Sequence record: NC_041973.1
Length of the DNA: 64,000 nucleotides
Direction: 5' to 3' (one strand)
The notes under the pieces were generated by a model. It saw only the letters and a program-made list of their open reading frames with translations, was not told the origin of the DNA and made no database searches. The translations under genes and the position numbers were made by a program. Shown piece by piece: positions 18,257 to 28,808 of the stretch. Positions within the stretch are counted from its first letter, which is position 1; every line of letters begins with the position of its first letter.

Positions 18257-19231
18257 ATGGCTCAGCAGATCAGCGTGAACGACGTAGTTTATCCGTTCAA
18301 CCCCCTTAATACCGTGGCCGGTGCCAAAGGCATTGTGGAGTCCCATACACTTACGCCAGCCAACGGTGTGAACTATGTGACTTTCGTTCCACGCGCAGCC
18401 CCTTTCTTTCGCCGCACCTTAGTACTCAAGAACAAAGCCAACAACCAGGTGTTAGTCGAAGGCCAGCATTATACTCTGGCGTATTTCTTTGCCCCATTCA
18501 CCCAGCTGGTCTATAAAGGTGTCTACGGCGGTATTACAGTCAATGAACTGGATGCGCCAATTGAAGTCGAAGTGACCTATGATACCATCGGCGGGGATTT
18601 TGTTCTGGACAGCACTGGTTATGCACAGCTGGCTGCTAACCTGGTGAACAACCCGCGTGAACTGGACTGGACACAGATCGCTGATACCCCAGATACGTAC
18701 CCACCGATCGACCATACCCATCCGGCTGACCAAACCCTGAACTACATGGATTACGTTGAGCAACTGCAGGCCATGCAGGCACTGGTCGCCAGCGCCATCG
18801 GCGGGTATGTGACCTCCCTCAACACCCACATCGACACCCAAGGTAATGCCCATGGCATGAAGCCGATCGATATCGGACTGGGTAATGTGATGAACTGGGC
18901 ACCGGCTACGACCGAAGATATCCCAGGGGGCGGGACAACGCTGTATACTTCACTGGCGATTGTGAAACAAGCCTTCCAGTACATGTACGGCGGCTTAACC
19001 ACCCCGGCATTGAAGAGTGCGATTCTCAATGACTACCTGTCAGCAGAATCCGTGGTCCGTACCTTAACGGTATTGAATGAAGGCGCGTTACTGAACACCG
19101 ATGAAGTGGCGAACTTTGGTTTGTGGAAAACCTACCGGGCACAGATGTTGATCAAAGCATCAACCGGCAATACCACCGTGCTCACTCCGCCAGCGGTAAA
19201 CGGAGCGTTCTCACGACTGTTAGGAGTCTAA
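18257..19231 (+). CDS. Tail fibre / baseplate-attachment family protein 1
   Basis: N-terminal YPFNP...PFF...YDTIGG domain and H..T..N.H...G.GNV.N..AT motif shared with downstream paralogs. Confidence 0.7.
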   Translation: MAQQISVNDVVYPFNPLNTVAGAKGIVESHTLTPANGVNYVTFVPRAAPFFRRTLVLKNKANNQVLVEGQHYTLAYFFAPFTQLVYKGVYGGITVNELDAPIEVEVTYDTIGGDFVLDSTGYAQLAANLVNNPRELDWTQIADTPDTYPPIDHTHPADQTLNYMDYVEQLQAMQALVASAIGGYVTSLNTHIDTQGNAHGMKPIDIGLGNVMNWAPATTEDIPGGGTTLYTSLAIVKQAFQYMYGGLTTPALKSAILNDYLSAESVVRTLTVLNEGALLNTDEVANFGLWKTYRAQMLIKASTGNTTVLTPPAVNGAFSRLLGV

Positions 19232-19232
19232 C

Positions 19233-20495
19233 ATGAGCAGTACTTTATTTCCTGATGTACGTCGGTTGGAGTTTGACCGCTCAGGCATTAGCGCTGACAA
19301 TCACATCACGGACGATTACATTGATCTGCCTGTAGCGGGATCAAACCGGGCGATCGTGTTAAAGCATGGTGCGTTCTATACCGACTCATTGATATTGAAA
19401 GATGACAGCGGCAATATTCTGGAGAAATGGGTGGATTACCAACCTGTCTATCCTTATAACCGCCCTGAGCTCAATATCACTGAGATGACCGGCAAGGACA
19501 ACGCAGCGTTTATCATGATCCTCAATGCCAGTCTGACTGGGCGGGTGATCGCTGATTATCAGGCAGTGGGGATTCCAAGCGGGATCGCTAACCGGGACTT
19601 GATCGATATCCTGGATGCGATTGCCAAAGATGCGCGTAAGTATTACTGGGATGATATCTTTGATAAGCCCGATAAGTTCCCGCCATCTCCACACCCATTG
19701 GATATCAAAGACACCTACAACTGGGCGCCGATGACAGAAGCCATGGCACGGTTCGTGGATTGTTTGAAACACCTTGATCGTCTGCCAACCATCCAGGACT
19801 ACATCGATCAGATCGACACGGTGTATAAGGACACGTTACCAAAACTCAATGCAGTTTATAGCGCGTTCCTCACCCACCGTCGGAACTACAGTAATCCGCA
19901 TCTTGATGTGAAGACCACGGTAGTTAATCTGAACAATGTGGATGATTTTGATATGGCGTCCTTGGCAGAGGTCATTGCCGGCACATCCAGTGTTAAGTTC
20001 ATGTCACCGTACACCGGCTCGCAAGCGGCTTACAATACCCTGCTGAAGAATGACACCTCGTTAGTGCACGTTAACCGTGTGCCGATGGTGCAGTTCGGGG
20101 ACCTGAGCACCACTGCGATTCCGTATACGATCGCAGGTTTCGTACTGACCATCACGGCGGACGTGCCGGCGATGTTGGCGTCACGGGAGTTCACCCTGAA
20201 GAAAGGGGCGATCGACCTGACCAAGTTTGTCAGTACACCGGCGAACAAGACCCTCTTCCTCTATGTGCGTATCCGTAATGGACAAGCGAGCTATGAGGTC
20301 GCGAGTGCAGCATCACCTGAGACCACCACGTATATCAACGTAGGACGCATTGTAACCGGTGCATCTGCTATCACGTCTGTTACGATCAATAAGATCTCCG
20401 GACTCGGTACCGTGCGCGTCAGTGAGGCCCAGATTGGTTCTGCGATTGCAGTGACATCTGGACTGCCATCCCAATCGGCGAATTTGAACTGGTAA
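19233..20495 (+). CDS. Tail fibre family protein 2
   Basis: Shares the N-domain, the HxxNPH motif and the C-terminal IDL..PANKT..Y domain. Confidence 0.7.
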   Translation: MSSTLFPDVRRLEFDRSGISADNHITDDYIDLPVAGSNRAIVLKHGAFYTDSLILKDDSGNILEKWVDYQPVYPYNRPELNITEMTGKDNAAFIMILNASLTGRVIADYQAVGIPSGIANRDLIDILDAIAKDARKYYWDDIFDKPDKFPPSPHPLDIKDTYNWAPMTEAMARFVDCLKHLDRLPTIQDYIDQIDTVYKDTLPKLNAVYSAFLTHRRNYSNPHLDVKTTVVNLNNVDDFDMASLAEVIAGTSSVKFMSPYTGSQAAYNTLLKNDTSLVHVNRVPMVQFGDLSTTAIPYTIAGFVLTITADVPAMLASREFTLKKGAIDLTKFVSTPANKTLFLYVRIRNGQASYEVASAASPETTTYINVGRIVTGASAITSVTINKISGLGTVRVSEAQIGSAIAVTSGLPSQSANLNW

Positions 20496-20548
20496 GGGTG
20501 AGTGGGTGACCCCCTCACCCACTTCCCTATGACCCAGGAGAGGTTTCG

Positions 20549-23500
20549 ATGAACACCCCGATTTTAACGAAGTATAAATTTGACCCCACGGGGAAAGATC
20601 CCGAGAACCTGATTGGTGGCGAACGCCACACTGTTGCGGCGGGCCCAAAGAACAAAATCATCGCCGTGTTTGAAGGTCCCTTTTTCTCAGCCAGTGCCAA
20701 AGTGCGCTTGCTTGACGGCAGCTACCTGGAACCCTGGGTAGACTTCCAACCCGTGCACCATTTCCCTGAAGCCTCCAAACGCACCGGGAAGTCCTGTACG
20801 TGCTTTATCAAGATCCTCAATGAATCGGTCAATGGGGATGTCTTTATTGAGTACCAGGTGGTGGGGGGTGAGTTCACCTTCAACAGTATCACGCTTGAGA
20901 ACCTGTTATGGGCGATCATTAATGATGAGCGTTCGGTCCTGTGGGATAACATCAACAACCGTCCCGCTACGTACCCGCCATCGTATCACACCCATGATAT
21001 CTTCAATGACACGTATGGCTGGGATGATCGTATCGCTTTCAGTAACTGGATCTCGGATTACCTGATCCTCGGTGGCGAGCGCTTGAACTACGAAGGCTTT
21101 ACCAACAAGGTCAATGTGGTACTGGATGAGATCACCACCATTCAGGCGAACATCTTAGCCCAAGTTGCTGAGCATGAAGCCGATCACACCAATCCGCATG
21201 CCGATACGGCAAAGACCTTGGGTTACAACAAACTGCAGAACCTGGCCACCGCGAACGAAGTGCAGGCGCTGGAAGGGCAACGTACCGATCTGCGTCTTAC
21301 CGTGAAGACGGCTGAAAGCATTCTGGCGGATGCAGTAAAAGGCTATTCGGTCAACCTGATTCACCAGGGGATTATTCCGGTCAGTCGCTTTGGTAACCTG
21401 AACTTCTTACAACCAGGGATCATCGGGTCGTTTGAAGGGGCGTCGATGGTTGAAGCAGAAGATCACTACGCCCAGAACGTTGAGAATGACGGCACATACA
21501 TTCGTTTACGTCCAGGGACCAACGGTGAATCTATTGCGTTGTATTACGACTATGTCACCAACATCCACAACAACATTAATACATTCACCGTCACCAACAC
21601 CAATAACAAATACACACCTGCCAGTTTGGATCAGGCGTATATTCCGGCGCGCTTATTTGACTGTCAAGGTGATGTAATTGCCGGGATCATGTACAACAAG
21701 GCCGCATTGCCGAGCACTGCTGATTATAAGTACTGGGTGGCGCTGACCAACGGCACACTGGACAGCACCAAACATAACTGCGCGGTTATCAACAATGCCT
21801 ATTTTACCATGGATGACGGCACAACCCAAGACTTTCGTACCGCCTGGACCCAGTTTTGTTTGATAGGTTCTCGGATTTACATCATCCATCAGAATCCAAA
21901 CATCGCTACTACGATGGAGGCCGGTGGTTCAATCTCTGTCAACGCAATTCCCCAATTCTATCTCGGGTATATTAACGTTGCCGATGTAGTGGCCGGCGGT
22001 CCGGTGAATGTGACTCAACTTACGGGTTGGGCAACAACGCTGTTAGGTCAGACCCGTACAGCAGCTCGCAGTATGCAAATCTGTGATCAGGTGATTGGTC
22101 GCTCTAATCAGCACGTTCTGGTGCGTTATGACGGAAATCAATACGTCAAAGCACAATACCGCTCATGGCCAGGTGGTTATGGTAAATTGGTTGCCAACAC
22201 CGACGGTACGTTAACCATGTTGGTTGACTTCACCCTCAACGTTGATGGTCGCAACAATTCCAACATCTCAATGTTCCCAATCCGTTTCATTGTGGACTTA
22301 AATGCCAAGACTGTGCGGTCACCCGAAACGATGAACCCGTTTGTGATTATCGACGCCCCTAACAGTAACCTGACCATGACGGTGAATACCAACGGGTCTA
22401 ACCTGAACATGTTCAAACTACGCGGGGTAAATGATGGCGGGACGGCACTGACCGGTGATTACCACGGCAGTCGGATGATCACGAAGAAAGGGTATTCAAT
22501 CTGCACCCATCGCCAACAATCCACCAACCTCGGTTTGCGGGTTGATGTCCAACAGATCCCGAACTTTACGAACATCGATGCCTACTGGCGCAATCCAGCC
22601 GGGTACAGTAATGTACTGTATCGTTCAGTAGGAGATGACACCTCCTACGGTTCTGAGGCCAAAGGTAACTTACGCTGCCCAATCCTCTTCCCGAACAACC
22701 GTTTAGGTTTCTACACTCTGGACTCTAGCGGTACGCATTTTGTGTCACAGCCGCTCATTGGCAATGGTGATTTCGTTTATAAACTGATCGGACTTGGAAC
22801 AGTGCAGGGTTTCCAGCCCTCGAACGACCGTGTGAAGGCTGTGATTAAGTACCCTACCCGTGAGATCATCACTGAGATCAACGGCGGGTCTGTGGTCACA
22901 CATTGCCGTTCAATCTCTGACGATGCACCCGCGGGACCAGCTAACATTGATTACTTGCTCAATGAATCGGGTAGTATCAGTACCGATGTGAACTATCTGC
23001 GGTCGCAGGGTCAGCGTGTGTTAACTCAACTCGGTATTACGGCAGCTAAGTTCAGATGTATTTTGTTTGTACCGACCGATGGCGGGATGTCATTGATGTT
23101 GAAGGTTGTGGGGTATACTCCCCCGCAAGCTAACGGCATTACTAACACCATCACTGCAATCGCAACTGTGACGTATGGCGGTGCACGTGATGGTGTGTTA
23201 GTTGGCTGGACTGCCAATGTGGATGATATCATTAGCAAACCGGAAGTGGTCGGTACGTCAGATATCTCCCGCATCCAAACGACTTTTGGTTTATTGACAT
23301 ATAAGGTAGGGAATGAATACATCGTTGCGATGGGTGGGTTCTATTGCCCTTACACAGTAGGTCCGGCTAACAATTTACCATTAGTGTACTTAAAAATGAC
23401 TAATGGTCGGATTGCCGGCAATCCATCTAACCAGTACTTTGTTTCGCCGTACGTCGACTTGCTGTCTAACACACCGTTTGCACTGCCGGGCAAGGGTTTG

Positions 23501-24040
23501 TTTGTAACTTACTCAGACGGGAACTACACCACTCCTGTAACGCCTGATGCGGCGGCTGCGGTAGGTCCGTGCGCGATTGTGGTTGCGGGTCAGGGCGAGG
23601 ATTTCGAGAAAGTACGGCAATGGACTATTCCAGGCAACTCTACGATGGTGCTGTTGTCACAAACAGTAGAACAAGGCTGGATCTTGTACTTTGCTGAAGA
23701 GATCCCGGTGATTCTGAATGGGCGGGAGTACGCCTTACCGATCACCAGTATCGACCTGCGTAATGTGAAAGCTAACCCGGCGAGCACCACCTTCTTTGTC
23801 TACATTGAAGCTGTGGATGCAACTACTGCGAAGTACACCATCTCAGCCACGGAGTTGGCGGCTGCGACCACACGGATGTTCATTGGCACGGTAGCAACCA
23901 ATACGTCACAGATCAACACGATCAACGTGACCAAGCGATCGGGTCTGAATAAGTACCAGATCTCTGCGGTGAAAGCCGGATCGTCTATTCCGGTGTCAAC
24001 CGGCTTGCCGTTCCAACGCGGTAACTGGAGTCAGGAATAA
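20549..24040 (+). CDS. Long tail fibre family protein 3 (1163 aa)
   Basis: YKFDPTG N-domain, HTNPH motif, T/N/G-rich beta body, conserved C-domain. Confidence 0.75.
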   Translation: MNTPILTKYKFDPTGKDPENLIGGERHTVAAGPKNKIIAVFEGPFFSASAKVRLLDGSYLEPWVDFQPVHHFPEASKRTGKSCTCFIKILNESVNGDVFIEYQVVGGEFTFNSITLENLLWAIINDERSVLWDNINNRPATYPPSYHTHDIFNDTYGWDDRIAFSNWISDYLILGGERLNYEGFTNKVNVVLDEITTIQANILAQVAEHEADHTNPHADTAKTLGYNKLQNLATANEVQALEGQRTDLRLTVKTAESILADAVKGYSVNLIHQGIIPVSRFGNLNFLQPGIIGSFEGASMVEAEDHYAQNVENDGTYIRLRPGTNGESIALYYDYVTNIHNNINTFTVTNTNNKYTPASLDQAYIPARLFDCQGDVIAGIMYNKAALPSTADYKYWVALTNGTLDSTKHNCAVINNAYFTMDDGTTQDFRTAWTQFCLIGSRIYIIHQNPNIATTMEAGGSISVNAIPQFYLGYINVADVVAGGPVNVTQLTGWATTLLGQTRTAARSMQICDQVIGRSNQHVLVRYDGNQYVKAQYRSWPGGYGKLVANTDGTLTMLVDFTLNVDGRNNSNISMFPIRFIVDLNAKTVRSPETMNPFVIIDAPNSNLTMTVNTNGSNLNMFKLRGVNDGGTALTGDYHGSRMITKKGYSICTHRQQSTNLGLRVDVQQIPNFTNIDAYWRNPAGYSNVLYRSVGDDTSYGSEAKGNLRCPILFPNNRLGFYTLDSSGTHFVSQPLIGNGDFVYKLIGLGTVQGFQPSNDRVKAVIKYPTREIITEINGGSVVTHCRSISDDAPAGPANIDYLLNESGSISTDVNYLRSQGQRVLTQLGITAAKFRCILFVPTDGGMSLMLKVVGYTPPQANGITNTITAIATVTYGGARDGVLVGWTANVDDIISKPEVVGTSDISRIQTTFGLLTYKVGNEYIVAMGGFYCPYTVGPANNLPLVYLKMTNGRIAGNPSNQYFVSPYVDLLSNTPFALPGKGLFVTYSDGNYTTPVTPDAAAAVGPCAIVVAGQGEDFEKVRQWTIPGNSTMVLLSQTVEQGWILYFAEEIPVILNGREYALPITSIDLRNVKANPASTTFFVYIEAVDATTAKYTISATELAAATTRMFIGTVATNTSQINTINVTKRSGLNKYQISAVKAGSSIPVSTGLPFQRGNWSQE

Positions 24041-24088
24041 CCAGCACGGGGGAGGTGACTCCCCCTTTCTTTATTGAAAGGAGTTGCC

Positions 24089-27000
24089 ATGAGCAGCAAC
24101 CTTGTGGTCGAGCCAGGCAGTTGGGGTGAGTTCTATGCCTCGATTGAAGCTTTGACCTGGAAGTTACAAAACTCACGTTATTCTCAGTATGATCTGGCTT
24201 CCACGGTGATGGTCAACTTTGAAAACGATGTTGATGATCTGGTAACCAGTGCACAGACCCTTTTAGCCAGTCATCAGGCACGTCGGGATAATGTCCATCA
24301 GGTGAACGCCGAGCAGTTGGGGTTTGGCTTAGTCGATAACTTTAAAACTGCAACCGTAGCACAAGCCGGCGAAGGCGGATACCCCAATCTCTTTGTTACC
24401 CCACAGGGGTTTAATGCCCTGGCGAGTAAAGTGTTTGCAGATTTCGGTTCATCACTTCATCATCAAGGGATCAACCCAATCTCGTCGTTTGGTTCGCTGT
24501 CTTTCCTCCCCCCTGACGTCTCCGGTTCTTTTGAAGGTTCAGGTCAGGTATCGGGAAACTCAGCCAGTCCAATGATCATTGAAGACGATGGAACATTAGT
24601 GGGGTTGCGCTACGGTACCACAGGCACCACCGAAGGATTGTACTACTTCTACTTACCAACCGCTGAAGACCGTATTGATAACGCGTCTGTTATTCGCACC
24701 AACTTTAAGTATGCACCTGCAAACTTACCGGCGGGGGCTTATTGCACCGATGTTTACAATACCGAGTCGGATGTGCTGCTGGGGAATATCAAAGGGTCAT
24801 CGAGCTACAATTGGTTTATCTCCATTACCAACGGGACGTTTGACGCCACCAAACACAACACCGCTTACTTCACTATCAACGGTGATTCGGACCTTGCTTA
24901 CCTGGGTAAGTATTCCACGGCGCTGGTTGTCAATGGCTATGTTTATATTTTCGGCATGTTGGATGACGGCTTTACCACCAACCGACCTATTGGTGGTGAG
25001 TTGAAAAACACCCAACCCATTGACATGGTGGTGTGGCGCGTTGCAGTAAGCAGTATCATTAATAACAATGCGGTGACTCTTGAAAAGATCAGTACTTGGT
25101 CTACCAAAGATATCTGGGGTGACACAACCAGCAATCCCCGTATTCAGCTCAGTAAAATCGCGATCAGTGAGAATGCAGCTGACAAACCGTATGTGCAGGT
25201 GAATGGCACGCTGGTGCGCTCAGTAATCGTTCGTAATGCCCAGCGTCGTCTGTTTGCCGTGGTTGACCCAAGCAACCCTAACCGTATTCGGTTGGCTGTT
25301 AATCACACCTTTTATGCGCAGCTCTCAACCGGCAGCAGTTATAACGGCAGTTGTGCGTTGAGCCTGTTGCTGGATCTGACTGCAAAGACCGCAGTGGTGG
25401 AAGATAACGCCAACCGTATCCTGGTCGGTGTAAGTGGCCAGACGGTTACTGTGTCCGGCAATACCCTACTGACTGATAATCTGTTAACAGGCTCGGCACT
25501 AGGGGGTAACTGGCATCCAAACGTCACGTTGACCTCACGCGGGTATCTGTTCTGTCGCACCTCAGGTAACCAGCCAGATGAGAACCCACGGTTCAGTAAA
25601 GGACTGATCACCAACTTTACTACCCGGTTTGAAGCGATGCGGATTCGGTCACGTCAAGTGCGCCAGATAACCCTGGTTACCGACCCACTGGTTACCGGTA
25701 CGGCACTGACCAACAACTTCATGAAGCCACAGTACTTGGCCGGTAATGCGTTGTTGCTCACCAGTAACCCGTACAAGACGCCCGGGTATTACGCTTACGG
25801 TACGACTAAACGGGTATTGCTTACCGGGTCACCTACCTTTAACTACACGCTGAACTCCGGTGTGACGTTACAGGGCTGGGCGCCTAACAGCAACCGTTAT
25901 GAGATCACCGATGCCAACAACCCACCCCGCAATCGCTTTTACCACATCATCACCCAGGTTGACAGTGCCGGTAATGTGACCTCCAGTCCGTCAGTGTTGT
26001 CAGATGGTAGTTCTGCACAAGTGGGCACTTCCATTGACGCTAACCTGAACATCACCGGCTCGATCACTTTTAACCAGGCTGAACTGAACACCGTGGCGAA
26101 AGCGGCGTGTCAGACTGCCTTGGGGGCTGCGCCGTCGTTGTGGCGTGGTTTGATCTATGTCCCGCAGGATACCGCGGTGCCGTTGATCATGGTGTGTACC
26201 GGTGAAGTACTGCGCAGTGACGGTAACGGTTATCGGGTGAATCACTCGTTGGTTGAGTTAACGTACACCGGTGCGCGTTCAGGGAACATTACTGGCTATA
26301 CCGTGAAGCGGGTACTCAACTCACAGCTCAATGACCAGCAACCAACCGGCGTGCCGTTAGAGCTGGCGTGTAACGGTGGGTTGAACATCTACAAAACAGC
26401 GGCCGGCGATTATCTGCTGGGGATTGGCGAACCTACCTTCCATCAGACCTACGGTGGGATCTACGGTTATGTCTGGTATGCGGCGATCAAAGCAGGCACA
26501 GGCACCATTGAAGACAGTTCGTTAAAAACCTTTAACCATGGCTATTATCCGACGTCCGTTAACCCAACCCCGGTTGTGGTGCCGGGTTATGGTTTGTGTG
26601 TAATGGATTATCAGACGCAGCAGGCTAACGCCAACGCCTTGATGATCGTGGATGTGATGGCGGCAACCTACGCCGAGTTTGTTGCCTGGACGTCCAAGCG
26701 TAAGCTGGTCTTAACCGCACAACAGGTAGAGCAAGGGTATCTCGTTTACTTCACGGCACCCACTCAGGTGTTCATGGCTGGTAACGAATACACCCTGCCT
26801 GCGGGTAACATTGACCTGCGTACCATCACTGCCAATCCTGCCAGTAAGACGTTCTATGTTTACGTGCAGTTAGTCGACGAGCAGGTACAATACCTGATCA
26901 CCCTCGATCAGCTTGCTCCAACCATAACGTTGATGTACATTGGCAAGATTACCACCAACACCACGCAAATCAGTAGCATTGCTGTTGATAAACGTATCCG

Positions 27001-27544
27001 CATCGAAACCTTCGAACTGTCAGCTACCCATATCGGGTCGGGTATTCCGATCACGACAGGTGTGCCGTCAACCGCGGGTAACTTTGCATGGCGTAATGGT
27101 TACTTGAAACTGATGAGCTTTGCAATGCAGCTGGACTATAGTGGTATTGTGACAGTGAATCTGAGAACGGGTGCGGTAACCATTGAAATGAGTGTCTCTG
27201 GTACACCACCAGATTCTGTGAGCAGAACAAGAACACAGACTGTCTGGTCTACTGGTGAGACCTGGGTGCCTGGTCTGGTGACGGTGGGGACCGAAGCATC
27301 AGGGGCAAGCGATGCATTCAATACGTACGCGAGTACATCGAAAACCTTCCCAGCTCTGGCGAGGTCAGATATCGCAAACAGTACTGGGCTTGCAGTTATG
27401 ATGGGTAACGAAAGTAACCCAACTAACAAAGGCGTCTTTACTCAGCAGCCAAGTGCAGCCAATGACTATACCCTTAAGTGGAAAGTCACTGATACACCGG
27501 GTGGCGCTGGCGAATACACCTTTGATCTGTATGTGAAATACTAA
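24089..27544 (+). CDS. Long tail fibre family protein 4 with an extra C-terminal domain
   Basis: Paralogous to 20549 (GSFEG, TNGT.D.TKHN, IDLR...ANPAS.TF); ATG behind AAGGAG. Confidence 0.75.
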   Translation: MSSNLVVEPGSWGEFYASIEALTWKLQNSRYSQYDLASTVMVNFENDVDDLVTSAQTLLASHQARRDNVHQVNAEQLGFGLVDNFKTATVAQAGEGGYPNLFVTPQGFNALASKVFADFGSSLHHQGINPISSFGSLSFLPPDVSGSFEGSGQVSGNSASPMIIEDDGTLVGLRYGTTGTTEGLYYFYLPTAEDRIDNASVIRTNFKYAPANLPAGAYCTDVYNTESDVLLGNIKGSSSYNWFISITNGTFDATKHNTAYFTINGDSDLAYLGKYSTALVVNGYVYIFGMLDDGFTTNRPIGGELKNTQPIDMVVWRVAVSSIINNNAVTLEKISTWSTKDIWGDTTSNPRIQLSKIAISENAADKPYVQVNGTLVRSVIVRNAQRRLFAVVDPSNPNRIRLAVNHTFYAQLSTGSSYNGSCALSLLLDLTAKTAVVEDNANRILVGVSGQTVTVSGNTLLTDNLLTGSALGGNWHPNVTLTSRGYLFCRTSGNQPDENPRFSKGLITNFTTRFEAMRIRSRQVRQITLVTDPLVTGTALTNNFMKPQYLAGNALLLTSNPYKTPGYYAYGTTKRVLLTGSPTFNYTLNSGVTLQGWAPNSNRYEITDANNPPRNRFYHIITQVDSAGNVTSSPSVLSDGSSAQVGTSIDANLNITGSITFNQAELNTVAKAACQTALGAAPSLWRGLIYVPQDTAVPLIMVCTGEVLRSDGNGYRVNHSLVELTYTGARSGNITGYTVKRVLNSQLNDQQPTGVPLELACNGGLNIYKTAAGDYLLGIGEPTFHQTYGGIYGYVWYAAIKAGTGTIEDSSLKTFNHGYYPTSVNPTPVVVPGYGLCVMDYQTQQANANALMIVDVMAATYAEFVAWTSKRKLVLTAQQVEQGYLVYFTAPTQVFMAGNEYTLPAGNIDLRTITANPASKTFYVYVQLVDEQVQYLITLDQLAPTITLMYIGKITTNTTQISSIAVDKRIRIETFELSATHIGSGIPITTGVPSTAGNFAWRNGYLKLMSFAMQLDYSGIVTVNLRTGAVTIEMSVSGTPPDSVSRTRTQTVWSTGETWVPGLVTVGTEASGASDAFNTYASTSKTFPALARSDIANSTGLAVMMGNESNPTNKGVFTQQPSAANDYTLKWKVTDTPGGAGEYTFDLYVKY

Positions 27545-27546
27545 AT

Positions 27547-27592
27547 CGGCATAGAGGGAGAGGTGTTAGCCTCTCCCTCGTGCTTTATGCCG
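27547..27592. terminator. Bidirectional hairpin with TATGCCG on both strands
   Basis: cggcata-gagggagagg-tgttag-cctctccctc-gtgct-ttatgccg. Confidence 0.8.
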
Positions 27593-27593
27593 A

Positions 27594-28532
27594 TTAAACA
27601 GGACCACCAGTTTCTGAACCGCCTTTCTGTACCCCACCGTGCAGGTGACCGGTTAGTGAGATACCGGCTGCGACAACATCCGCTGGGGTGTTTAAACCAC
27701 CAGAGGTCTCAATGTGACCATTATGGTCGATGTCACCAATCATACTGATCCCACCTGGAGAGTTAATCGTGGTTTTATTAGTAATAAGCTCGAAGGATTC
27801 ATTAGCCGTGATCTTCATGGTTTTGCACAACATGGAAATCAGTTCTTGGGCAGTGAGATTGAAGTTCTCTTGCGCAATGATTTCAATGTTCTTTTTGCTC
27901 ATGGTGATCAGGCACTTGTCGGTATTGGTGATCTGCCATAACGCCTCAAGCGAGTTCAGGACCAAGTTGTTGTCCAGGTCATCCGCCAATGAGAAGATCG
28001 CTTCACCGTAATCCGCCTTGATGACATACTGGACTTGTTCGCCATTCATCTTCGAGTTGGACATCATGAAGTGTTTTTTATGAGAGGACCATTCAATGAA
28101 GTACCAGTCTCCTTCACCGATGTTCTTATCTTCAGTGGTGGCCGGCGACCCACTCAAGGCAATGATGATGGTCTCTAAACGTCGCAGGTCATCATCCAGA
28201 CCCGTTTCCGTCCAGTAGTACTTGTCCTCGTCACCAATCTGCCAGATCACGACACGTTCACCTTTGACTACATCGGGGGCGGTGACGCGGTTAGAACGGA
28301 ATGGGAACCAGATTGCTGCGATGGTGGAGTCCGTTACCACTTTGTCTTGGGTACTGTCACCCGACGAGGTCTTGCCATTATGGGTGATGACCTGTGGGTT
28401 CACTTCAGCTTCACCCGACATCATCGGTGCAGTTTCACGGGGAATAACTTGAATCTCTTTGCTGTTGGTGCTCTTGACTGCAGCCACCACACCCATAGAG
28501 TAAAATTTAAGAACCGATACGTTACTGGCCAT
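27594..28532 (-). CDS. Baseplate central spike (gpV/gp45-like; phiKZ gp164-like)
   Basis: N-terminal OB-like part, beta-helix repeats and C-terminal HLHGGVQKGGSETGGP with the iron-binding HxH motif. Confidence 0.88.
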   Translation of the reverse strand: MASNVSVLKFYSMGVVAAVKSTNSKEIQVIPRETAPMMSGEAEVNPQVITHNGKTSSGDSTQDKVVTDSTIAAIWFPFRSNRVTAPDVVKGERVVIWQIGDEDKYYWTETGLDDDLRRLETIIIALSGSPATTEDKNIGEGDWYFIEWSSHKKHFMMSNSKMNGEQVQYVIKADYGEAIFSLADDLDNNLVLNSLEALWQITNTDKCLITMSKKNIEIIAQENFNLTAQELISMLCKTMKITANESFELITNKTTINSPGGISMIGDIDHNGHIETSGGLNTPADVVAAGISLTGHLHGGVQKGGSETGGPV

Positions 28533-28605
28533 AGCTAACCCTAATGTTATTTTTTACGTAACCCGACCATTCTATAAACCAGATCGAATTAATAGGAATC
28601 GATAA

Positions 28606-28797
28606 ATGAACCAAGTCTTCTTTATTGAGGCAGCGCCTCAGCGTTTACCGCAGTGGCTCAACCAAGCGATTCTTGACGGCCGTGTTCTTGTGCGCGGTGA
28701 CTCCGTAGTAGACTACCCGTTTTATGTGGTCGACGGACAGGTCGCAACAGTCGGCCAGAGCCTGGTCTTTGACGGACAAACCATCACCATCAACTAG
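28606..28797 (+). CDS. Small hypothetical protein
   Basis: 63 aa ORF with RBS AGGA, directly upstream of the SbcC-like gene. Confidence 0.55.
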   Translation: MNQVFFIEAAPQRLPQWLNQAILDGRVLVRGDSVVDYPFYVVDGQVATVGQSLVFDGQTITIN

Positions 28798-28808
28798 CGG
28801 CGCATATC

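Noticed and set aside
20549-27544. Diversity-generating retroelement or invertible fibre cassette
   Set aside because: No reverse transcriptase, template repeat, invertase or inverted sites were seen in the window.
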